Origin: Ranitomeya imitator
Taxonomy: Eukaryota
Assembly (NCBI RefSeq): GCF_032444005.1
Contig: NC_091285.1
Location: 11,594,001 to 11,658,000 of the forward strand
Reading direction: 5' to 3'
DNA length: 64,000 bases
Part shown: one piece after another, positions 1 to 10,600 of the stretch
Layout of the letters: the number at the start of each line of letters is the position of its first letter
Position numbering within the stretch: position 1 is the stretch's first letter
Position numbers and translations under genes: made by a program
The notes under the pieces: model-generated
What the model was told of the DNA's origin: nothing
Database searches by the model: none
What the model saw: the letters and a program-made list of their open reading frames with translations, nothing else

Positions 1-17
1 TACTGCTTTCCTCCCAG

Positions 18-3000
18 TTACTTAAGGCTCAGAAGAAATCCGTCAGACGGGAGCAGGTCCAGAAGACTGAGGCGGAGAAGAAGCGTCTGCGCTCGGTGCT
101 GGAGGTCCAGTACTTGTTACAGGCGTTCTGCCAGGATCACGTCCAGCAGGACTTCAAAGATGGCGTGAACGGAGCCATGTACATCTCCTCTAAGGAGCTG
201 GACGGTCTCTCAAAATTCGCCAAACTCGTCTGTCACAAAAGGTTTCCACACATGAGGTGAGATGGTTGGAAAAAAAAAATGATGGACTCCGGAGCTGCAC
301 TCGCTTTTTTTGCTTGGTGCATACGTTACTGATTCAGTTCTGGACTCCAGTGCTGCACTCGCTGTGCTGCAGTGTTATTGGTGTTGTCTCTTTTCAGTCT
401 AGAAGACGAGATGGATCAGTTGTCTGTTTATCTGTGGAACCTTCTGGAAGGCAATGATAAGACGGTGGCAGGGACGAACTGTGAGTAGTCCTGGAGTTCT
501 TGGCCTTCACTTTATGGTGGTGACTTCTGACATTGGGGAGGTAGATTGTCCCGTGCTCCATATTGACCTCCCAGGGTGTCGTACATCACAGCATCTACTC
601 GTCATTGCCTTGTGACTTCTTCTAGTCTGAAGTCTCTTGTCTGTTGTATCCCTTAGATAAGTCCCTGAAGGACCTGGTGGCCCGGATGCTGGACTGTGGA
701 TACTTCGAAAGTGTGCCAGATCCTCCACCTGAGAAACCGGTAATCTTACCGGAGAAACCATTGAAAACTGAAACCAGCCCAGTGTCTCCAACTAAAGCAG
801 ACGATCAAGGAGTAAAGTCCAACATGGCAGGAGGTGGAGGTGACAACCGTTCTATTCACGCCGGTCAATAGCTTGTTTCTGTAGAACACTACCTATGTCT
901 ACCGGCCATGTTTGGTATGGCAGTTCGGCTCCACTGAAGTGTGTGGGTTACCTCTCAACCCCCTACAAAGGGGATGGTACTCCTGCGTGGTTGCCCAAAA
1001 AAAACTACAGCCATGTTGAGGGAGGGTGGAATTAGCAGGAACTTCAGTGTATATAGCATGGATCAAGTGGACTGCTGAGTCTCAGAGATGGGTATAAAAT
1101 ACCTGTGACAGTACAGATCAGGTGGAGTGATTGATCAATGTCAACTAACTTGCAGATTTTGTCCCTAGAGTCTTCTGTGGTGCATGTGAAGTCAGGCCCT
1201 CCTTCTCTCCAGGATCAAATGACAGTGAGTCGGGTAATTCAGCCACTAAGGACACCTAGGATAAGTCTATGGCCGGCTTGTTGTATTGGGCATACCTGGT
1301 ACCGGCAACCTTGTGTTCTTCCTGCTGCCCTAACTGTTCTCCTGACTTCTAGCCCGCCATCAGGCATTGTGAACCAAAAATCGAGCGCTCTCCTCAAACT
1401 ACTGAGATGCCGAAACCAGTGCTGGTGATGAAACCCTGGACGGGGGCCACTGCTGTGAAGCTACAAGAACAACCAAAGAGGTGGCAATCTCCATTATCGC
1501 TGTTGCCTCTGACAAAGCCCTGGGAGACTAAGAGTGTCCCTCAACCTGCAGTCCCTCAACCAAAGAAATGTGAACTGGAGGCCCCGAAGGAGGTAATCGG
1601 TTCCTGCCTGGTGCAGAGTCTGGGCATCTAGATGCCCATCCATCTAATAGCTGGGGTTTCTTAGATGTGCGGTGGTGGCACGTCGCAATTTTGACTTCAT
1701 TGCCAAAAAATAGAGGGGGAGAGACTTAATGGAGTAATGGGCAAGTCTCCTAGAAGCTGGTATTTCTGAGATCTGAAACCTGGCATCCTACTGGGTCTTC
1801 TGGTGCAGGAACATGGACATGGCCTTTTAAGTGGGGCATGGTAATGCATTGGCTATTCCTTAAAGGAGAAGGCTGGGACTATTTCTTCAAGGTGAAATTA
1901 GTCTTTTGTTCCCTAGTGGGTTCAGGAACAGTTATGTTTCCTTGATAAATCAAGCTTCTGGGTGTAGGTGCCAGCGAGGCCACTTAGACCTGGTACCTCC
2001 ACCAAGACTCTCCCATCTTGGACCCATGAGCTACCAGTTCTCACTTCATGAATGTTGTCTCTTGTTTTAGAGACGTGAGCGGATGCCAAAACCTCAACCG
2101 GAAGTAAAAGTTGTGACTCTACTCAAGGTGAGGGGTTTTCTTCTGCTTGTTCTCTGGAGACCTCAACCATGTGGGCCACAGTTGACTTCAGAGCAAAGAA
2201 TTGACAGGTGGCACACGAGGGACACATTCATTCTATCACCTCCACATATCATTCACAATTTCGATTCTCTTACTGATTGGCACAACGTGTCCCTTTATCG
2301 CCAGGATGTGAAGATGCCCCCTGTTCCTAGTGTGCAGACTGCAGTGAAGAGGAGGGAATCCCCTGCACCGATCTCTATCGCCCATCTTTCGTCATCTGAA
2401 AACGGCACCCAGGTCTGTGTGAAATGCTACATGTACGAAAAGCCTAGAGGTGGTCTTGTTCTCTCCCCCCCCCACCTTGGGTTGCTATAATTGGGGGCAC
2501 CATGGGCAAAATGGAGTGTGAACATGGCAAAAGACTTGCCAACATTACAATAAAGGGTACTGTTGTGTAGCCTTCAGGCACTGGAGGACAATGTGGATGA
2601 TATTCTGGTGTTTCTGCTCCTCCAGCCTCATCGTGTGACCTCCCAACCAGCAGCTGAATTCTGCTTCTCACCAACTCTTCCGAAAGATCCTGAACTGCGT
2701 AAACAGAAACTGGAGGATCTCATTGATGAGATCAAAGGCACCTACAACTTCATGCAGGCAAGGCTAGCCTGGATAGCTACCAGACTACCCTGAGTGAGGG
2801 AAAGGATTGCTTTGGGGAACATGCTGTTCAGATACAATAGTCAAAGCCCGTGTTTTTTTCCCATAGGACTCAATGTTGGATTTTGAGTTTCCATCTCCAA
2901 GAGCAGCATCACCGGGGCTTGTGATAGAAGGTGAGTGACTCCAAAGACAACGGAAAGTGTGTGACAGTGGAGAACTTCTTGTTTACTTTTGACCTAGTGT

Positions 3001-6000
3001 AATGACCAGAGGTCCGAATAAGATCCAGTGAGTCACAAACCAAGACCAAGGCAGAAATCTCCAACGGTATTTACTCAAAAGCAAAATAATAAAGGTAATA
3101 TGGAGAATATTAAGGCAGATGCACCCCAAAGATACACTAGCTCAGCAGCAGCTGAAATCACTGTGCCACTCCAAGGTCTCCTGAGAACTGTTTCTATAAA
3201 GACTAGTAAGAAATTTACCTAACAGAGTAACTAAAAAAACAGGAAACAAGTGTAAATTGAATGTAGTGTTATCAAGGGAGCCCCTGGAACGGCACACTGA
3301 GTATAACTTACACAACTCTAATATAAGATACACCTCTAAAGTAACCATTAAACACTCAGAGCAGAGATACCCGGGTATCTATAACTATGGTACCGTATCC
3401 TGAGATAGATTTCCTCTCAGGCAGGAATCCGCACAGGCTGCAGCCAGTCCATATCTTCAGCGCCAATAAGTTACAGCAAGCTCGTCTTGTCTTGTCGGCC
3501 GATGCCGAGCCCAAACGCCGGGGACTTAGTTAGTGGTCTCACGATGTTGTCTCTGCTTCTGTAGCTCCTAGGAATGCTTCCACGACAACCCGTCCGTCTC
3601 TGAATCAGCAGTCTGCCCAGACTTGTTTCTCCACTCAATGCACAGGGAATCCACAGCCTTCCAAATACGTATTGGGTTTTAGTAAAGTCTCAGTCTTTTC
3701 TTAGATCAAGGGTTAGCTCTTCTCCAGGAAACGTTAGCAGCAAAAGTCTCTCAAAAGCTTCTTTTCCTCCAAACACACTCGCAGTAAATCCACACAGTCT
3801 CTTTTTAAGGTATCACAGCAGCTTCTGCCTTTTCTTCCCGCCTTTTTCTCTCAGCTCTCACTTCCTTGTTTCACTTTACACACAAGACACCAGACCCCCC
3901 CCCCCCCCCCAGCACACGTTGTCTCCGGGAGTTTTGCAGGGTCTGTCCTCTGCTGCAGCAGGCAAAAACCACAGGGTCCTAGTGCCCTCTCAGTGGTACT
4001 ACAGTTCACTCTCTTATACTAGTCTGACTGCTAACAACCAATAGCTTATGATCTAACTTATTACCATGTGGTTTCTTCTAGTTCCAACGGTGCCATCTGA
4101 AACCATAGAGGGTCTGAAGGATCTGATTGTACCAACTGAAAAGGTAACCATTTTTGTCATATGGCACCTCAGTATAACAACCCCTGGTTTGCTCTGTTGT
4201 AAGGCTGCATGTTCTTGGTTTTTGCCTTTGGATGGTTGGCCCATCAAGTTATTGGCCTACTGAAAGTTTATTCTTTTCAGGTTTCCACCTCACCACTCTC
4301 AACAGAACCATCAGTTGATCCAGTCTGTCCTGTTCCATCTGAACCAGAGGACCTTCCGACACCTGTCTGCTCCCCCATAAAAGTTGGTACAAACTCCTAT
4401 TGGTCACTACATAAGGCTTGGCAGTGCAGGTTCATGAGCTTCCATCTATCCTTGGCAGGTTCCCATCTCACCAGCCCATAAGGTGGAGGTTCTTGTGTCA
4501 GCACCTGTGTCAGCACCTATCTATGTCCCAATTGCTCAGCTCCCTGAGGCTCTTCCAGAGAGAAGTCCGGTGAGTTTGCAGTTTTGAGATTAATGTATTA
4601 GGATCTACTGAAGATGGTGGCTTGAGGAGCTGTTCCTGGTTTCAGAAAGTTTGGCCTTCATAAGTTTCTTGTAGTTTTCCGTAGAGCTATCACCAGCTTT
4701 CTGACAAAGTTGTAGAGGCATTTCCCAAATACTTGAATTGGTGCATTGTAGTTATCTTCTGTGATCATGGGTGGTATGGTTTATGTAGCACTAGGAGGCC
4801 CCTGGTGAAGCCTTGGGATCTTCTATATGGTGTTTCATATTGATGGAATATTTTTTTTTTTTTTTGTCCTTCCAGACTCCTGTGCCTCTGCAAACCGAGC
4901 CGCTGCAGTCTCCAAAGACTCCGACCAATGTGCCACTTTTGCGGCCTAAACGGGAAGGAACCCCATTATCTGCCAGGAGCACCCCAACATCCACCCACAC
5001 TTCTCCCTTCCAAGGAATGCAGGCCGTAAGTCTTGGCTGTCATGGATCAGGACCCTAAAGTCAGGAGTTCTGTGCTTCCTGTCACAACTGGGGGGAGGTA
5101 TCATGCCAATCGGAGTTAAATAGCTGTAAACAGTTCACCCCCACCACTCCCAGCCATAGTAATGGGTTGAAAAGTGGGGTAAAGGACCCTCTTAAAAATG
5201 TATTGTCATGACTAGAGATGGGATTTGATTGTTAACATGTCGCACTCCTCCATCCAGGTTTTTAAAGTGAGCCCTCCCTTGCCGGCTCGTAAGGAGATAG
5301 ATATTAAGGAAGAACCATTGTATCCCCTTGAGTATCAGCAGACCTACAGCACTGCGAGTACTCAGACTCTTCCTCATGGCTTACTAGACCAAAACAGTGG
5401 AGATCTGCCCTCCTTTATACCAGAGCCGCTAGTAGGTAAGCTACGGGATTGGCTTCCCCCTGTATGTGACTGGTAACCTACTGGTAGTGCAGTTAGTAAC
5501 TGGTGGGCTTCGGTTTGCACTCACGAGTCTGTCCAGACAAATAAAGCTGCAGAATCGGAAGGTGTGAGATTAAGAGCTAATTTTTCCCAGAGAAACGAGT
5601 GTTCATTAGTCCCAGACCATTTCTCTGTGTCCATCTTAGGTGGTCACTATCCTGGAATCCCACCTGTGAGCAATGGAAGCATGCCGGTCTACACCTCCAC
5701 CCCCAACCTCCTCCCTCGCATCCCCCAGCAGTGTATGGGCACCAGAGGTGGGATCTTAAGGGGAACCAGCCGCGGAGCCCGGCTCATGACCAACGGCTAT
5801 CGCTGCCAGACAAGTTTTAAAGGCAAGTACGCTTGTATGTTGTACATGACCTCATTCTTTACCATAATTAAACTTTCATTATTTGTTTAGGGCCGGAGAC
5901 CTATAGAGGAACCCAATGTCCCCCTAATGGAAGCTTTGGACATGCTCCCTGCCCTGGGAGAGACTACACAATCGCACAGTTTATACCACGGGTAAGACTA

Positions 6001-6978
6001 CCTCCATAGGAGGATGAAAGTCTACAGCTCCTCTCCTAGTTTCCCCCTGGTCTTCATGGCTTTGGGTTAGACATCTAGAAACATTGTCTAGCCTTGTGCA
6101 TGAGCCGCTGACTTTCATTGCATTCTTTAACTTGTGTTCACCATTTTAGGATGCCACCTCCCATCTGTGCCATAAGCGAGGATCTGTCGCTCCGGTCAGC
6201 CGCTCCACCTCAAGAAGTACGTACTCCGAGGAGCCTAATCGAAGTCACTGCTCAACTTTGCTGAGGCTTTGCTTGGCCCTGTATGTCGCTGGTAGACATC
6301 TTGCCGAGCTAGCCCTGAGTCAGTTTATTGGATGACTTGGGAAGCCATATCAAATTTGAGATGAAGATAGGAGCTGGCTATGCCTTCTTATAATCTATGG
6401 TTTTTCCAACAGGTTGGAGTGATTCATCCCAGCTTGGGAACCCAGAAATGGAAGAAAGCTTCAACAGTACAGACTCCGGACAGGGGGACTCGCGTAGCAT
6501 GACGCCAGTAGATGTGTCCATGAGCAGCGGCCAAGCTGCCACCATACTGCCGGTCCATGTCTATCCTCTTCCTCAGCAGATGAGGGTAGCTTTCTCCTCA
6601 GCCAGAACATCTAATTTTGCTCCTGGGACACTTGACCAACCAATCGTGTTTGACCTCTTGCTCAACAATCTGGGCGATACCTTCGACTTCCAGGTCGGGC
6701 GTTTCATGTGTCCAGTTAACGGCACCTACGTGTTTATATTCCACATGTTAAAACTTGCTGTGAATGTCCCGCTGTACGTCAACTTGATGAAGAATGAGGA
6801 GGTAATGGTGTCTGCCTACGCCAACGATGGAGCTCCTGACCACGAGACTGCCAGCAACCACGCTGTCCTGCAACTTTACCAGGGTGACCAGATCTGGCTG
6901 CGGCTGCACCGAGGAGCCATTTATGGCAGCAGCTGGAAGTACTCCACTTTCTCTGGGTATTTACTGTATCAGGATTGA
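18..6978 (+). CDS. CAPRIN2: Caprin-2, 3' portion (gene starts left of the window), multi-exon
   Basis: Exons read with AG acceptors and GT/GC donors: 18-256 (LLKAQKK...KELDGLSKF), 398-480, 657-~811 (end uncertain; 739 also possible), 1353-1592, 2071-2127, 2305-2412, 2626-2757 (LPKDPELRKQKLEDL...YNFMQ), 2867-2930 (DSMLDFE), 4082-4143, 4281-~4382, 4459-4569, 4876-5025, 5258-5435 (VFKVSPPLPARKE...STASTQT), 5640-5822, 5891-5991, 6150-6216, 6413-6978. Peptides match my recollection of vertebrate CAPRIN2 in order and phase. Central low-complexity exons are less certain. Confidence 0.95.
2998..4003. mobile_element. Possible solo LTR in a CAPRIN2 intron
   Basis: ~1 kb insert in an otherwise short-intron gene. 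Begins TGTAATGACC and ends GGTACTACA (TG...CA, short imperfect inverted ends). No clear target-site duplication. Confidence 0.3.
6413..6978 (+). CDS. CAPRIN2: CAPRIN2 terminal coding exon, C1q globular domain
   Basis: ...PLPQQMRVAFSSARTSNFAPGTLDQPIVFDLLLNNLG...HRGAIYGSSWKYSTFSGYLLYQD* is near-identical to the recalled CAPRIN2 C1q domain. Confidence 0.98.
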
Positions 6979-7475
6979 CTAGATGTTAATTTGGACCCAC
7001 TGGTGGAATGGTGGGAAGGACCAGAGACTTAAAGTTGGACCTCATGACCTGGATGCAGATCAAAGATGTTGTGACTTTGCACGGTTGATGCACAATATAA
7101 AGTTGTGATGGGTCGGTGGCATAAATAAATGATTGCAATCCAGTTGTGTGGTCTTGTGTTCCTGGTGGTGACCATGTTGCCCTATTCCATTCATAATAGA
7201 AGGGGTATATAAGGGGGAACTTTGCTGTGTAGACTGGGACAGAATCTGGAAGGGATTAAAAAAAATGAATGATTGCTATGTAGACCTATCTAGGGCTCAA
7301 TGTACAGGATAGTAACACGATGTGCCGAGGAGGGTATTATGTCCCACTCCTTGGCCATGGACCATCCTTAACGCAAAAGGTGAAGTTGGACACTTTTTTT
7401 TGTTTAACTTCTCCTTCTGTACATACGTGTATTGTAATTAATGGAAACTGCTTCAACATGGCTGCCCCACTTGTG

Positions 7476-7609
7476 TCATAGGTTTAAAGTATGTGAACGA
7501 AAATAAACAAGTTCAGGATGATCCCAATCACATGAATATCTCATTGTGGAGGTGATGAACGTCGGGTTAGGAGTTTGGGGTTTCCTTTGCTGCCTTTCTT
7601 TTATGATAC
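7476..7609 (-). CDS. TIM-like gene cytoplasmic-tail exon (antisense to CAPRIN2 3' UTR)
   Basis: Acceptor tttttgttttcccacag, phase 1; reads (C)IIKERQQRKPQTPNPTFITSTMRYSCDWDHPELVYFRSHTLNL*, with a basic juxtamembrane cluster and two Tyr. Confidence 0.6.
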
Positions 7610-10600
7610 CTGTGGGAAAACAAAAATCTGATTTTAGAACTGAGAATCAGGTCTCTTCCTCTCGTTCACTTTGCTAAGAGCACTCCCCCACCCCCAGGGA
7701 TCTTATCTAAAGGTCCAGTAGCTTTTGTGTGCAGGTGATGTCATTACTCAAGTTTCTCGCCTGTGATGCTCTTTACTTCTGGCCGTACTTTAACCTCCAT
7801 GATTATAATAATGGTTGTCAATCTGTTACTAAAATCCATCAAATCTCACTCTGAGCAAAGTTATTAAGCTTAGTCTAAAATGTTTTATTAACTAAAACAA
7901 TAAAAATATCAAACCCTTTTGGCACTTACATCTGTAGATGAGAAGTGGCACAAAGGCCAAGGAGCAGATAATGGTGACTCTTATAAAGGTGATGAAGCTT
8001 CTCTCAGTCACAATCTGCAATAAAAGCATTGAAAAAAAAATATTTGGGGAGCTCCCTGTATACAGAGATACATGATAAGATCCTGTCTGCAGTCACCACT
8101 AGGGGGAGCTCCCTGTATACAGAGATACATGATAAGATCCTGTCTGCAGCCACCACTAGGGGAGCTCCCTGTATACAGAGATACATGATGAGATCCTGTC
8201 TGCAGCCACCACTAGGGGGAGCTCCCTGTATACAGAGATACATGATAAGATCCTGTCTGCAGCCACCACTAGGGGGAGCTCCCTGTATACAGAGATACAT
8301 GATAAGATCCTGTCTACAGCCACCACTAGGGGGAGCTCCCTGTATACAGAGATACATGATAAGTTCCTGTCTGCAGCCACCACTAGGGGAGCTCCCTTTA
8401 TGCAGAGATACATGATAACATCCTGTCTGCAGCCACCACTAGGGGGAGCTCCCTGTATACAGAGATACATAAGTTCCTGTCTGCAGCCACCACTAGGGGG
8501 AGCTCCCTGTATACAGAGATACATGATAAGATCCTGTCTGCAGTCACCACTAGGGGGAGCTCCCTGTATACAGAGATACATGATAAGATCCTGTCTGCAG
8601 ACACCACTAGGGGAGCTCCCTCTATACAGAGATACAGGATAAGTTCCTGTCTGCAGCCACCACTAGTGGGAGCTCCCTGTATACAGAGATACATGATAAG
8701 ATCCTGTCTGCAGCCACCACTAGGGGAGCTCCCTGTATACAGAGATACATGATGAGATCCTGTCTGCAGCCACCACTAGGAGGAGCTCCCTGTATACAGA
8801 GATACATGATAAGATCCTGTCTGCAGTCACCACTAGGGGGAGCTCCCTGTATACAGAGATACATGATGAGATCCTGTCTGCAGCTACCACTAGGGGGAGC
8901 TCCCTGTATACAGAGATACATGATGAGATCCTGTCTGCAGCCACCACTAGGGGGAGCTCCCTGTATACAGAGATACATGATAAGATCCTGTCTGCAGCCA
9001 CCACTAGGGGGAGCTCCCTGTATACAGAGATACATGATAAGATCCTGTCTGCAGTCACCACTAGGGGGAGCTCCCTGTATACAGAGATACATGATAAGAT
9101 CCTGTCTGCAGCCACCACTAGGGGGAGCTCCCTGTATACAGAGATACATGATAAGATCCTGTCTGCAGTCACCACTAGGGGGAGCTCCCTGTATACAGAG
9201 ATACATGATAAGATCCTGTCTGCAGTCACCACTAGGGGGAGCTCCCTGTATACAGAGATACATAAGATCCTGTCTGCAGCCACCACTAGGGGGAGCTCCC
9301 TGTATACAGAGATACATGATAAGATCCTGTCTGCAGCCACCACTAGGGGGAGCTCCCTGTATACAGAGATACATGATAAGATCCTGTCTGCAGCCACCAC
9401 TAGGGGGAGCTCCCTGTATACAGAGATACATGATAAGATTCTGTCTGCAGCCACCACTAGGGGGAGCTCCCTGTATACAGAGATACATGATAAGATCCTG
9501 TCTGCAGCCACCACTAGGGGGAGCTCCCTGTATACAGAGATACATGATAAGATCCTGTCTGCAGCCACCACTAGGGGGAGCTCCCTGTATACAGAGATAC
9601 ATGATAAGATCCTGTCTGCAGTCACCACTAGGGGGAGCTCCCTGTATACAGAGATACATGATAAGATCCTGTCTGCAGCCACCACTAGGGGGAGCTCCCT
9701 GTATACAGAGATACATGATAAAATCCTGTCTGCAGCCACCACTAGGGGGAGCTCCCTGTATACAGAGATACATGATAAAATCCTGTCTGCAGTCACCACT
9801 AGGGGGAGCTCCCTGTATACAGAGATACATGATAAGATCCTGTCTGCAGCCACCACTAGGGGGAGCTCCCTGTATACAGAGATACATGATAAGATCCTGT
9901 CTACAGCCACCACTAGGGGCAGCTCCCTGTATACAGAGATACATGATAAGATCCTGTCTGCAGCCACCACTAGGGGGAGCTCCCTGTATACAGAGAATAC
10001 ATTTAACTCTGTAACACAACAGTATAGGCTAAACTTCCACTAGTGGTGGCTGCTGGCAGAAATTTACTACATAGTACATTTACTACAGAGTATTTGAAGC
10101 TCATGAGTTAGAAAAATAATGTCCTGGCATTAACCAGCACAGAATTGTGGATCGAATAAAATAAACAAAATGTCTGTTCGCTTTTTTTTTTTTTTCTCAG
10201 AAGAGCACTTACTGGAAACACCTTGCTTGTCATTACAGCTGTTTCACAGGGTGTTGTGGTCTTCTCCTCTGTAGGAGGTGTAGGTTCCTATGGAAGGAGA
10301 ACAGAGAACTTGCTGGATTCCCCTTTCGCCAAACTGAGTCTTGTTTACACGTTACCTGTTATGTCCTCTCTGTATGGCCCTGTCGGGTCTCCTCACTCAC
10401 TCTGTATGATGCTGTCGGGTCTCCTCACTATTTCTGTATTGTATGGCCCTGTCGGGTCTCTTCACTCACTCTATATGGCCCTGTCGGATCTCCTTACTCT
10501 GTATGATGCTGTTGTTTCGCCTCACTCATTCTGTATGGCCCTGTCGGGTCTCCTCACTCACTCCGTATGGCCCTGTCGGGTCTCCTCACTCACTCCGTAT

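Noticed and set aside
885-1240. Extra CAPRIN2 micro-exons near 885-916 and 1213-1233
   Set aside because: Splice-like signals exist, but I could not chain their phases to the 1353 exon or see homology.
8004-10019. Long ORFs (up to 465 aa) in several frames, and their mirror at 39454-40750
   Set aside because: Translations of a 57-bp (19-codon) tandem repeat; open on both strands, no domain.
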